Assembly: GCA_001949185.1 (NCBI GenBank)
Contig: BDGG01000002.1
Span: 5,198,448-5,262,447 of the forward strand
DNA from: Ramazzottius varieornatus
Taxonomy: Eukaryota; Animalia; Tardigrada
Length of the DNA stretch: 64,000 nucleotides
Direction of reading: 5' to 3'
Made by a program: the position numbers and the translations under genes. Below are positions 13,464-26,485 of the stretch, in pieces (positions within the stretch are counted from its first letter, which is position 1; each line of letters begins with the position of its first letter). Under the pieces are notes generated by a model. The model had not been told where the DNA came from. It did no database searches and saw only the letters and a list, made by a program, of their open reading frames with translations.

Positions 13464-14911
13464 ATGATTGTTCACTTCTTCATCATGGCCCTGACAGATA
13501 TCTTCATCGCAAAATCACACTCGATATTGGGAATTCTTCTGGTATCCTTTATCGTAGCAGTTTCTGGGCGAGTGAAACAGTACCAGGGTTTTGCCCCATG
13601 GGAAGCAGCTCTGGTGCCTGCTGGGACCTTCATCCCTTTATCCGAGGTTGCTCATAACCTTCCAGGTTTTCCAGCTAGCCTAAAACCGTCCGCTCTTGCT
13701 GCACAACTGGATGCAGATGCCGCCCAGACCATTGTTGAGAGTGTTGTCGAGGAGGTCTTCACCCATGGCGTTCACAGACCAAGTCCGTCGAAGCGCTACT
13801 TGGCAGGTATCGTACCATTAGGAAGCATGAGACTACCCATGGGTATCTTCGTTCCGGAATCGGCGGCAGATGACATACTGGCTTCCACGAACACGAGTAC
13901 GAGGATCCGGAAGAAGGTGTCGGCTAGCGTGAGGAAAGTCGTCCGACGGCTGCAGACGGAGGTCTCGGCAGTGAAGGACAACCGAAGGGCCTTTCAGTAC
14001 CGACGCGCTTTCAATGGGCTTTCGCCTTTGGAAGCCGTGTACATCCCTCGAGGATACTATATCCCGTTGACATCTCTTACCAACGGTCTTTCTGGTCACT
14101 CGGTGCATTCGGCCAAAGCTATTGTGGACCTGAACTATCTGTCGGGCATCAAACCACTAGATGTGATATCACTTCCGGGTGGCATCTTCGTGCCGCATCG
14201 GATGAATGGATTTCCCGACGCACTACCGGAAATCATTCCAGCCAAACCAACAGGTACAAAACCTCTGCCTGAGCACTATCAACCCCATCGATAAAGAAAT
14301 CTTGCTCTGTTAAAGGCGCTCCTCTTGGCAATGGAGATATTGTCGCAACCTTTCCACCTGACGCTACTACAGTTTCATCCACCGCAGCAACTTCAACTCC
14401 CACATCAGGGAACCCAGGAAATAACAATAACACCAACGGTGATCCTACGATGCCACCAGAAGAGCCGCCTGTAACAGACGCGCCAGCGACAACGCCGAGT
14501 TCCTCGGCCACGACTCCGTCCGGAAATGGCAATTCGACGGGCTCTCTCGAATGTGTTCCGGGACCCAACCTGATACCGGGCTGCACGACTTCAAATTCCG
14601 GTACGTTATCCACGATTGCAACTGCAGCATCACCAGCTGCAAACTCGTCTGCAACCACCCCGGCTGCTCTTGTGGAAGATTTTTCTCTTGGTTCTACCGC
14701 TACATCTGTTAATGTAACCACTTCTACTGTTGATGCTTTCCCCTCTGTTCTTTCGCCTAACACTAGTGCAACTTTTGGTCCTCAAGTAACTCCTCAGAGT
14801 AACGGAGATACCCCGCCAGTACCTTCCGGGAGTATCACGGCTCCTCCACCATCACTTCCGAGTCCTGTAACTCATGGAACTTCCGCAATCCCCGATGGGG
14901 CGTCGGCGTGA
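13464..14911 (+). CDS. Secreted protein with four G-x-x-P-x5-hydrophobic-P-x-G-x-F/Y-x-P repeats and a mucin-like Pro/Ser/Thr tail (possible extra exon to 15227)
   Basis: Hydrophobic signal SILGILLVSFIVAVSG and four ~20-aa repeats; intron 14254-14315 joins in frame to the P/S/T-rich ORF ending 14911. The final exon is uncertain. Confidence 0.7.
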
Positions 14912-15588
14912 ATGCCTCGCTTTCGCTTCTGCTTTTCTTTTGAAGTTCTCTGGGTTTGAGCTGGTGGTCTGCTGCAGTTGTAAAGGATTTCCCCGCATAT
15001 ATGGGGGTTGTTTCCAGTAAAGATAAATGCTCTTTATAGTCACTCCCACTCCACCCCCGCCTGCTCCGCTCGAGACAATTAATCCTTCGCTGCCTACGCA
15101 GAAACCGGTCGGTCCTTCGCATTCTGTTCGTTTCGAAGTGCTTTTACCGCCAGGAACACAGTACGAAAGAAATCCTCCGACAGTGTGGGTTGTGGCGCCC
15201 GGCCCTGAGGATGGACCACAGTTTTAAATTTTGTCGCAGACCTTCTAATGCATGTTTGCAATGCACAAATATGCGATTGAGTTTTACTTTCAGTTCTTCT
15301 GCTTTCCAGCGATAGCGGTACCATTGTGACGTTGTAGAGAGAGAATTGTTTTTCTCCTTCAAGTGCCACTTTCGGCGAGCGCGACAAGGGGTTTGCTGAC
15401 ATCTTCACAATTTCTGCGAAATCCACTGGTCTGAGCACGTCTCGGTGCGTACTTGGGCGCGTGCTTGTGAGTCCTCATCGAGAAAGATTGCATTCCCGTT
15501 TTGAATACGTCGTAGCAAATGAGACCTGAGTAAAGTCCAGTAGGTTTCCTAAGGACCGGAAACCCGACTTCCGATAACTCGTTTAGAC

Positions 15589-18500
15589 ATGCAGCATCCG
15601 GATCCCAGTTTTCTTCTGGTCCATCTTTTTTCTGTAGCGTTCCAGCTCGTAGAGGTTCTAAGTCTGAAAGCAGGTTCGAAGCCTGGCGGCATTTCACCGC
15701 TAGCCGCGAGCTTTCATGCGAAAAAGTTTGATGGGTTCCAGTACCTCGATCCGGTGTTGATCCCTGTAGGAACTTACATCGCTTTGGATTCTATTCCATC
15801 TAACTATACGCTATATCACCATGGCGGTAACTCTAGCTTTGATTTGGGATCGCTTGTGGCCGATATTGTGGAGACGGAAATCGGCGACGCGGAAGAAGAA
15901 GCCAAGGAGCTTTCCCCGCGCGCGCGTGCGGCTTCCTTGTTCGACAACGCCCCGATAAAGGTACACCTGGCGTCATCTTTTAATATGGCCGTTCTGAATG
16001 TCATCTGCAAGCTTTCGGTTACCATTATTGTATGGATGAGAATGATATCTTTCGTATTGTAGGGTCTTGCCGGTATTCGACCGTTGTCCACCACTCGATT
16101 CCCCATGGGTATCTTCATTCCCGACAGGCTTGTCAACGAAACTCTGACTGGTGGCGCCGATCCGCTTGCGGCCGGGATTGAACCTGAAGGGAAGATCGCT
16201 CGGGCTGTCCAACTGAAAGTATTCAGGGGCATTCGCAAAGTCGTCACCAAACTGAAAAGCCTGGCCCGTCAACGTCAAAGCCGACCTCAACAGCCACTGG
16301 ACTACAACGCCACATTTGGTGGGATCTCTCCGTTCGAGGCGTGAGTCGGTTGTGCATTTTTGGAAAAGCAGTGTGCCTTCCATATTGACAAAGTTCTTTC
16401 TTTGTTGCAGGGTGTACCTTCCAAGTGGGCTCTTCATTCCGCTTTCAGAAATCCCGGGTAGAAAAAGCGCTTTGCTATACAGAGCGGCTGCCAGTACCAG
16501 CATGTTTGAGGGGATCCGTCCACTCAACGTAAGACTGTAGCCAGTTGGGAGGAAAACATCGGTAGCTGCCCAATCTTCGTTGCAGGTCATGCAAGTATTT
16601 CCGGGAGTTTTCATCGGACACAGCCTGACAACCCTTCCCTCATTGCCACCCAGCGTTGTTCCCGTTCCCCCACCAATTGCACCCGATTCTGGTGATGAAG
16701 AAGAAGAAGAAGACGTTACGCCCACACCGCCACCACCCAATATAACAATGTAAGTTATGCTTTGATTACTCAGAACAGATTTCTCGACCCTTGAATCTTT
16801 TCCGGCGTGCTTTTGCTCATGGTGGTGCACGGTGATTCGTTCGTACCATTTTGCAGGACAAGGCCGGCGGAGACCGGTACGACTAAGGCCGCAGTAGCAA
16901 CAACTATACCACCGAAGATGTCTGATAGGTTAGCCAAGAAACGACTCTGAGATTCTACGAGGGTTTAGCAAAGAGATGAATTGACATTTGTCGACGTTTG
17001 CAGCGATATTGAAAAAGCGTTTATCACATTCGTGGAAGAGGAATACAATAACGTTGCGGAAACAGTTCTCAACCAGAACGCGGAAGCTACCTGGAAATAT
17101 GAAACCAATGTGACTGACTACAACAAGGCGGCAATGGTATAAGAAGTTATTATCCTAGTTCCTCTCGATGAACCATGGTAATTTTGTGATCCGAATTTTC
17201 CCGTAGATTGCTACAGAAGCAGTGATGGGCAATTTCACAGCGACCATCGCTTTCGGCATCCGATCCTACAAGTTCGAGGCGATCAAGAACGTGACGTACA
17301 AACGGTTGTACCTCAAGATCAGCAACCGTGGAGACTACAGCTTGTCCCCGGCAAGACTAGACGAGTTGACCAAAGTCAAAGCGAAGATGCAGGAAATCTA
17401 CTCGACCGGCGTTATCTGTGGCGACACCAAAATTTCAGTCGCCGACATCGCTTCTTGTCCGAAGGACAAACTTTGGAGTCTGTCTCCGGAAATCACTCGG
17501 CAGATGACGAGTTCGCGGAACACCTCCTTGTTGTTGCATATCTGGAAGTCTTGGAGAGACGCAACAGGAAAGAAGATGCGACCAGATTACCTGAAGTACC
17601 TGGAACTCAAGAATGAGTCCGCCGTAAACGATGGTAAAATTCATCCCATTGTTTTGATCTTTTCATAAGCTTGTTAAGTGGTAAACTAACCCTACTGAAT
17701 CTTTCAGGTTATCCTGACACTGGAATGGTTTGGCGAGAGCCCTATGTGGAAACCGACTACAAGTACTCCGATATTGATTTCATACAAGATGTGAAAGAGC
17801 TGTGGAACAGAACTCTTCCGGTAGGAGTTATTTTAGTTCTCAACTGTGAGAACCTTGAAGTAATAATATGATGCTTCAGCTTTATATCCATCTTCACGCC
17901 TACGTCAGGAAAACACTCATCAGGAGGTACCCGGAAGCAAAGATCAAGCCTAACGGACCAATTCCAGCACATCTGTTGGGTAACATCACTCCCATCAATT
18001 TTGAGTTGTTTCTGTGCAGCTGGACAGTGTATATTATTTTGTAGGCAGTCAATGGGGTTATGATTGGAGAAACCTCATCGAGTTCGCCAAGCCGTACCAG
18101 AAGACTCCTATTGAGAACCCAACGATAGAAATGAAGAAGCAAAACTGGACCGTCAGTAAGATGGCACGTACGGCAGAAAAGTTTTTGGTGGACTTGGGCC
18201 TGCCTCCAATGCCCAAAGAGTTCTGGGACAAGTCGATATTCGAGAAACCTGCTGACAGAAACATCTCGTGCACTGCTACGCAGATGGATTTCTTCAACAA
18301 GAAAGACTACCGGTACCTATAATCGTCCAAATATCATACCGTTGCGTCAGCAAACGCAATTGGCACTTTATTATTCGCAGAATCAAAATGTGCGCGGATA
18401 CAACGTTCCCTGATCTGATCGAACTCCATAAGTACATACGCCAAATTTTGGGTGATAATACGAACATCCATATCTTCCAAAATAATGATGATGCCTTATC

Positions 18501-19846
18501 TTTTACTTTGCAGTCAAATGGCGCTGGTCGAGTAAGTAATTTTCTTACTTAAATCGTTGTTTTGCAACGCGGAACCGGATTCCAGTGCGAAGTTTTATAG
18601 GCATAACATTCTCTACAAGGATCAGCTCGTGCCTTTCCGGACTGGTGCGAATGTGGGAATAACGTTAGCAAGTAAGTTTAAATAAGATCGATGTTACTTC
18701 AAAAATATTTGGTGCTTGACTCCGGCAAATGAAACAATTATTGTCATAGTGGGAAGTGCGATTACGTTGAGTGTCCAGACACCTGACCATCTTCGCAAAC
18801 TGAAGCTGTCCTCCATTCCCACGAATTTCAACAATGTCGACATGTGTAAGTGCCACTTCCGGGTCTGAGTGCCGGCATGCAGCGAATTCCGCACACGTTG
18901 CTTTTCTTCTTGGCAGTCAAGGATATAAACTTCCTGTACTCAATGGCTCTGCAAGAGGTCGCCCATCTTCCCTTTGTTTATCTGGTCGATAAGTACCGCT
19001 ACGATGTTTTTGCCGGAAAAATCAAAACAGACGAGCTAAACTCCAAATGGTGGAGCAGTGTGTACGTAACGTGCTTTAGGATGTTAATGTATCCATAGCT
19101 CTTACTCTCGCGTTCAAAAACCCATCATTGCTTGTAGGTTGAAAAACCAAGGACTATGTGCGCCGGTGGCTCGCACAGAAGAAGACTTCGACGCCGGATC
19201 GAAGTACCACGTCCCAGCTGACGTACCCTACATGAGGTAGGCTGACTTATATGACTTTTCATTGCGGAACAGACTGCGTGATATGAATCGTTGTGTTCCA
19301 GATATTTCGTGGCCGGAATCCTGCAGTTCCAGATTCACAAAGCATTGTGTGAACGCTCCGGCCATGTTGGTCCTCTGTACGCCTGCAACATTGATGGATC
19401 CAAGCAAGCCGGAAAGCTTTTGCAGTAAGTAGGCTCTTCATGCTGGTTCCCTGCCTATTGTTAGTTCTTTCGCACAGCCAACGCACTTCTTTCCTGTATA
19501 CAGGGAAGTCATGTCGCTGGGATCCAGCGTCCCGTGGCAGGTCGTTCTCGAAAAGCTCACCGGAAGCCCGAAGATGGACGCTAGTGCTCTGTTGGAGTAC
19601 TTCGAACCGCTGACCGACTGGCTGGAAAATTATAATTCCGATGGGAACAGTGTCGGGTGGGACTCATTGGCAGCCAGTGGTAAGAAAAAGAAACTCGGCA
19701 TTTTGGTCAACAGATTTCACTATATTTGAAACCAAGGTACCGAAAATCGACGCCAATCTATTTTATTCCACTTTATAGAGGCGATTTGCCCTCAAGATTC
19801 CTCGAGCTCCTCGGGATCACCGCCTGAACTTACGTCGTTCCCCTAA
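15589..19846 (+). CDS. Secreted four-repeat-domain / ACE-like (peptidase M2) fusion protein, predicted non-catalytic
   Basis: Exons 15589-15960, 16063-16340, 16411-16528, 16586-16749, 16857-16928 and 17004-17136 are phase-compatible and lead into ACE motifs ([84 protein letters not shown]). Stop at 19844-19846; no C-terminal TM anchor. Confidence 0.8.
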
Positions 19847-20809
19847 AAGACAGTCTTCCTAATTCCTATCATCGAGCAAGAACTTTACTTCGTTGACAGC
19901 TTCCTGGCCATGCATTTTGAACAACGGTGCAACTATAGTTATCGCACATCATCAGCTCTGCTGTGTATTGCGACGCAGCTGGAATAAAGTTCGACCGACC
20001 GTTCTTTCATTGCAAGTGCTCATCAGGGTGTCGTAGATTCTTGAAGTGTAAAAAGCAATGCACAGATTAAGCTCATAGTTTGTCACTGTTTGGCTGGAAG
20101 AATGCGCGGTGAATCTCTGTTTGTGGGATATTTTTTCTGTTCAGTTTATTCATAGTCTCACCGGAAGTTAGAAGCAACGCTGACTGTAGCGCACCTGCAG
20201 CTTTCTTCTTGCGATACGGTCACACGGATCACACGACGCCCCGCCATCTTCCTTATCGCGTTTGATCTTGATTGACAAGTTTTATGAATGGGTTAATTGT
20301 GGGCCATTCACAAATTCGTATTGAGTGGTCGTAGTGAGGCACTTTCTGCTCCGGTCCTTGATAGCTTTCCGATAATCGATATACCTCACTGAAGTCTGAA
20401 ACTCCAGCCTGTTCTCTTCATCCTCCCAACGATTACGGTCTGGTACGTCAGCAGACAAGCGAGCTGTTTGGGATATCGTTATCTCAGGCTAGGTTGGGTA
20501 TCAGCAATGACCAAGCTGCCACTTCCGCTGGAACCTCTATCCATTGCATGGTGCGGCAGTCGATGAGGTCGAGCTTCTAGGGAGAGAAGCAGCAAGATCC
20601 ACGCTTGGAGCAGGACGGTCAACTGACCCAGGAGAGGCTCCTGCTGAAAGTACTGGGCCAGCTACGGTTTGGGACGAGGATTTTCAGGTACCACCGTAGT
20701 GTTATTGTGCAACATTAGAGAATAAATGCATTAAAGAATAAGGCTTAGATGCATAAAGAAAGCTCGTACACGTGTGAACTATCTGTTGCAGATAATCCCG
20801 GGCTCCAGA

Positions 20810-22947
20810 ATGTCGATGACGAGTGAAGAAGTCAACCTTCTAATTTACCAATACCTGATCGAGAGTGGTTTCACCCACACAGCCTTCAACTTTGTCAACG
20901 AGAGTCGAGCCAGTCAAACTAGCATCAACACGCAGTACATGTCTCCCGGAGCTCTCATCAAGATTATCCAGAAAGGGATACAGTTTGTTGAGTGCGAGAT
21001 TGCCGTAGCCACCAACACCAACTCCGCGCAGTTTGAGGAAGATCAACTATCCCTGATCGAAGCTGTGTCACCCGTTCTCGTCGCCAACCGACAAAAGAGA
21101 CTACAAGATCAAGCGCAAAGCAGACTGACGCAGTCTCATGCGCAGTCGGAAAGGCCAGAAGGACGCCGTAGCGAAGAGCCGCCGCATCGGGTACCCTTGA
21201 GAGATGATGCTAACCGCATTGGGGATGTGGGCTTGCTTGGATCGCAAGGTGTCCCGGAAAAGACCAAAGAGGAACTTGAGACGACGATATCGCCTTCAAG
21301 AGCCAGGTTTCTCCGAGGACATGAATCGGAGGTGTTCATCTGCGCATGGAACCCCAAAATGGTTTGTTGGATGAAAAATGAGAGCTCGGCGAACGGCGTC
21401 GGCAAGATTGCTTTCCCGAGTGGCGCATGTTTCAAACTATTAACAAATAGTGCGCGCCCCTTGGAAAAAAAACCATCTTGTCGAGTTTCTTTGCGGAGGC
21501 CTTAAACCAATAAGGACTAAAGACTAGGTCGTCTGTTGCCTATTCGTGATTGCTTTTTTCTTTTCGGTTGCAGGATATTCTGGCTTCTGGTTCGGGCGAT
21601 AGCACCGCAAGGATATGGAACTTGATGGATCCGGACAGCAGAGAAGCAAAGAGTTGTGTACTCTGGCATGCTGAAAGAAAGCCAAACGTACAACAAGCGG
21701 AGCCAGTCCAGAAAGGCGTCCACGATGTAACCAGCTTGGACTGGAACAAGGAAGGACAGTGCCTTTGCACAGGTATGCAGGTCCTTCTGTTTCTTTCTTG
21801 TTTATGATTTGTCCGTGAAGACATAATATTCAGTACTCGCTTGGGTGTTGTTGCGGGCTATATTGAAATGAGAGACCGGAAACACGGTGTGGTTACTCGA
21901 TCGTGTACATGCGTACGTTCTAGCTGTAGGTGCTCATGGTGCACATGTAGCCAGGTGTGTGCTGCGCGCTTCACATGTTTTTATTGATTCTGGATGTCTT
22001 TAGGCTCGTATGATGGATTTGCACGCATTTGGTCCAACAGCGGTGAGCTCATGAGTACGTTGGGCGCACATAAAGGTCCGATATTCGCCCTGAAATGGAA
22101 CAAGACGGGCACGCACATCCTGAGTGCGGGAGTGGACAAGTCGACCATCATATGGAACGCTGCTGAAGGAAAGCGAGAGCAGCAGTTTGCTTTTCATTCT
22201 GCACCCGCGCTCGATGTCGACTGGAAAGACGATAAGACATTCGCCTCCTGTTCGACGGACCAGTGTATCTTTGTCTGTCGGTTGGGCTCCGATAAACCAC
22301 TAAAAACCTTCCGTGGACATAACAACGAAGTCAATGCTATCAAATGGGATCCACAAGTAAGACTATCTAGATTACTGGTCATATGAGAAGCTTACTGACG
22401 TTGGTTTTTCTTAGGGAAGACTACTGGCGTCTTGTAGCGATGACCAGACGCTGAAGTTATGGAGTATGGACAGTCCGACCGCCATCCATGACTTGCAAGC
22501 ACACAAGAAGGAAATCTACACCATCAAGTGGAGTCCTTCCGGTCCGGGAACCGACAACCCCAACTGTAACGTCATGTTGGCCAGCGCCTCGTTCGATACT
22601 GTAAGAACAGAAGTGGAACTGGATTGAAGCAGTGTGGTCTCTGTCTTAACGAGCTGTTTTTACAGACTATCCGAATATGGGACGTCGAACAAGGCATCGG
22701 TATTCACACATTGAGCAGACATTCCGATCCAGTATACAGCGTAGCATTTAGTCCAGATGCACGATTATTGGCATCCGGTTCTTTCGATAAGCACATCTAC
22801 GTGTGGTCTACACAAACCGGCGCACTTGTCCATCAGTACACCAGTACCGGTGGTATCTTTGAGGTTTGCTGGAACCACCGCGGAGACAAACTGGCTGCCA
22901 GCGGTTCCGACGGATCAGTAGTGGTCCTCGATATGAGGAAACTATGA
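20810..22947 (+). CDS. TBL1X: F-box-like/WD-repeat protein TBL1X/ebi
   Basis: LisH motif [72 protein letters not shown] and C-terminal VLDMRKL*. Confidence 0.95.
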
Positions 22948-23167
22948 ATAGACTCCCCCTCGATATACATACAGTGCCCTTGTGTAATCACACACCTTAT
23001 GTTTTTAGCATATACTTTTGGCATTTGGTTACCTATGATTGTTCTCGTTTGTTTTTTATACCGTATATATGAAATACCTCTGGTTTTATACATAAACTTG
23101 TCTCGTTGAGTTATGGTGTCATGTGGTTACTGTTGTCATCAATTACCAGCTTTATTCTTCCGAAATC

Positions 23168-25530
23168 TTAGCCGCAACTTTCAGTCGTAATATTCTCATT
23201 GAAATCACGAAAAGACTGGATCATTTGAGGAGTAGTACGAGGTATTATGGACGATAAGCCAGCTCTCAGATGTCTCATAGACACGCGCTCTGCTCTCACT
23301 TCTGACTCTTGTAGGGCAGCCATTGCTGCTTCGGTGACGACTGCCGTAATCTGCAATACAAATTAAGTCAGTAAATAATGTCAAGCCGCAATGGAACCTC
23401 GCCTGAAACGAAGAGATATCCGCTTACCTCGGCGCCAGAGTATCCTTCGGTCCGCGTTACGAGCTCTTCATAGTCCACATCTTCTGCCACAGGCGTTTGA
23501 GCAAATCGGATATTCAGGATCTCTCTCCGCGTTTTACTGTCAGGTAAAGGAACGTAGATGAGACGATCAAGACGGCCAGGTCTCATTAGAGCTTTGTCAA
23601 TGATTTCGGGCCGGTTGGTAGCCGCGACGATGATCACGCTTTGCAGGCTTTCGATACCATCTAAAAAGCGTCATTCTCAAAATTACACGTCACTTACCAG
23701 GTTAGTCAGTCATACTCGATCCTCGAACAAAAACAATACGGACTGACGGACACACCCATTTCATTCAAGAACGTCGCCAAAACGCGATCTCCAACACTGG
23801 TTCCGCCTTTTCCGGATCCTCGAGCTGAAGCAATGGCGTCAATTTCGTCGATGAAGATGATCGATGGCGCGGACTTCCTAGCTCTGTTGAACACATCGCG
23901 TAAAGTCCGCTCAGACTCCCCAACCCACTTGTTGAAAATTTCTGGCCCTGAAAGAAACCATCGCTAGATGTACACCGTTTCGAAGTGATTGATACGAAGA
24001 GCGAGCGAAACATCGTCTAATTCAGATGTCACCTTTGATTGCAAGAAAATTCAAGCCGGCTTCCGTGGCTAAAGCTTTGGCGATCAACGTCTTGGAGTTT
24101 CCCGGCGGTCCGAAGAGCAGTATTCCTCTTGGCGGCTTGATACCCATTCTGACGAAGGCTTCTGGGTGTTGAAGAGGCCATTCCACGGACTGCTTGAGCT
24201 TCAGCTTGGTGTCGTCCTGACCGCCAATGTCCGTCCACCTTACCTACATGATAGAAAGACACTTATGATTTTCTTGCGCTAGGAAAATTGTTCTCCGATC
24301 TGTGATAGTTGGAATCACCTTTGGAACTTCGATTTGAATTTCTCGCAGAGCGCTTGGCTTCACATACGCCATTGCGTCGAGAAAGTCTTTGATGGAAATT
24401 AGAGGACCCGCATATTTGGGCGGAGGTCGACTTTCATCTATACTCAGTTCCTTCACCGCTTCCGATAAGTCCACTTCTTTTGGATGTTGCTTGTGACTAA
24501 GAAAACCCACGGTCTCTGTTAACAGCGTGTTCAACAACAAAATGAAGCAGTGCCTTACCGGTCATAAGCAATTAACCCAGCTTGCTTGCAGAGGTACTTG
24601 ATGTCGAGACCGACAAAACCATGAAGCTTGCTCGATATACTGGCCAGATCCTCCTCTGTAAGAGCACACTTCAAATTGTAAGTTAGAACTTTCAAGATAT
24701 CCAGCCTAAAAAATTCAGTCCCTCGCTGTAGATCTTCACAGACAAAGAAGATTCAATTCCAATGTTTCCAAGCCATGAAAAAGAAAGCTTACCTGTCGTT
24801 TGCAGTCGGAACAGATATCTCCACTTCCGTGTCAAGTCTATCCGGTCTTCTCAGCGAATGATGCAGAAGTTCTGGTTTACTACAAGTCGCGAGTACAACG
24901 ACAGGAGCTAAGAAAAAGAACAGTGTTAGTAAAAATACAAAACTTTGTTACTCAGCCCACGCTTAGAAAAAACGAAGCACAACCTACCGTCCGTTTCGCC
25001 CAGATCGTCCATTAAATTCACCAGCGTTCTGACGGCCTTACTTTCCTGCAAAGTCATATTCCCTGTTTCGTACTTCGGGCAAATGGTTTCTATTTCGTCG
25101 ATGAAGATGATCGAGGGAGTCTTCTCTTTGGCTTCTGCGAACACTCTGACCAGATGTGAGTCCATCTCGTCTCCGCCAGCATTCGACTTCGAACTATTCA
25201 GCACTTCCAAGGGCGAAATGCTCACAGAGAAGACTGACGATTCGGAGATGAGCGTCTTGGCCAACAAGGTCTTTCCAGTACCAGATGGACCGAATATCAT
25301 AACTCCGCGAGGCAGCTGTAGTCCCATACTTTTCCAGACATCAGTCTCTTTCAGCGATATGTTGATCAGCTTCTTCAAGATTCGGATCTGGCCGGACAGT
25401 CCCCCAATATCAGAGAAGTGGAGTTTCTTAGCGGTTCTGTTCTTCTTTGCTGACTGCTTCTTCCCAAATGTTTGAGATTGTGTGCTCAGCGCCATTGATA
25501 TTGTGGATCTCGTAGGAGAAAATTCCCGAA
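23168..25530 (-). CDS. Two-domain AAA+ ATPase, SPATA5/AFG2-like; 5' end unresolved (may extend towards ~26000)
   Basis: D1: [32 protein letters not shown]2: [64 protein letters not shown]. Confidence 0.8.
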
Positions 25531-26485
25531 CTGCAAGTGTAGCACGTAATGGGATACTGACGGCTAACTGTCGCTACTACCAGTCAGTATTTCCGAGTGC
25601 TGTCAGACAATCCCCAAGTTTATCTTCAAGTCCGACACCGGAGCTTAGACAAGCCTCGGTGTCAGTCGGAGCAAGAATATTTCATCATTTGTTTTCTGGT
25701 TAGCAAACCCTAATGAAGTCATACGCTCCATTGGCATAGTTTTCAGCTCTGACATACCTTTGGACGTCCGCAACTCTCCCGCAGTTTCATACGCTGAACG
25801 CTTCCTCCGATCTCTGATCGCACTTTGGATTTATACACAGAAGTGGCCAACCTACGGCATCAAAACCAGATCCGGCACAGGTGGATCTCACGGAAAAAAC
25901 CGGTCCAGACTCGAGCCCCAACCTCCAGAATCCTGCTAACCTTCTGTCGAATTTTGTCCAGGATTTCGACTTCCGGAGAGGAGGGATTCTTGGAGGTGTA
26001 AAGTAAGAAAACTCTTGCAAAAAAATGGTTGGAATTTAAAATAAATTAAATTTCAGTAATGGAATATGCGCTGTATCCGCGCAGTACGTATGCGTACGTG
26101 ATGATGTACCTCCGTAGGGAGTTCTCTAATTCGTGAAACCGGACCGGAGCTGTACTTCACGTGTACGATGACGTAATACGCGGGTGCAGCGAATATTTAG
26201 GGTACTGCGAAAGTTGAAAATCTGGTTATATGATAAATGAGTCACGTACCTATCAGTGGTATCAGGTCTTTACCAGAGAAATTCCCTAATAGTGAGTATT
26301 CGTCCGGCGCTTACGATCACGATTTCGATGCAATCGCAATAGAAATCGCACCGTCTTCGCATCGTAAACTGCTCTGTGTATTCGGTCGAAGCAAAATAAC
26401 GTCAGGACGATCAATGTTCGCTTCGCTTCCGTCCATTTTCATTCCCGATTTGTTTCCTAGCGTTTTCATTTGTATTCCTTTCAAG

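Noticed and set aside
15973-16830. 285-aa antisense ORF and similar long opposite-strand ORFs (14233-14763, 29261-29800, 42661-43296)
   Set aside because: They are shadows of real coding exons on the other strand and contain no motifs of their own.
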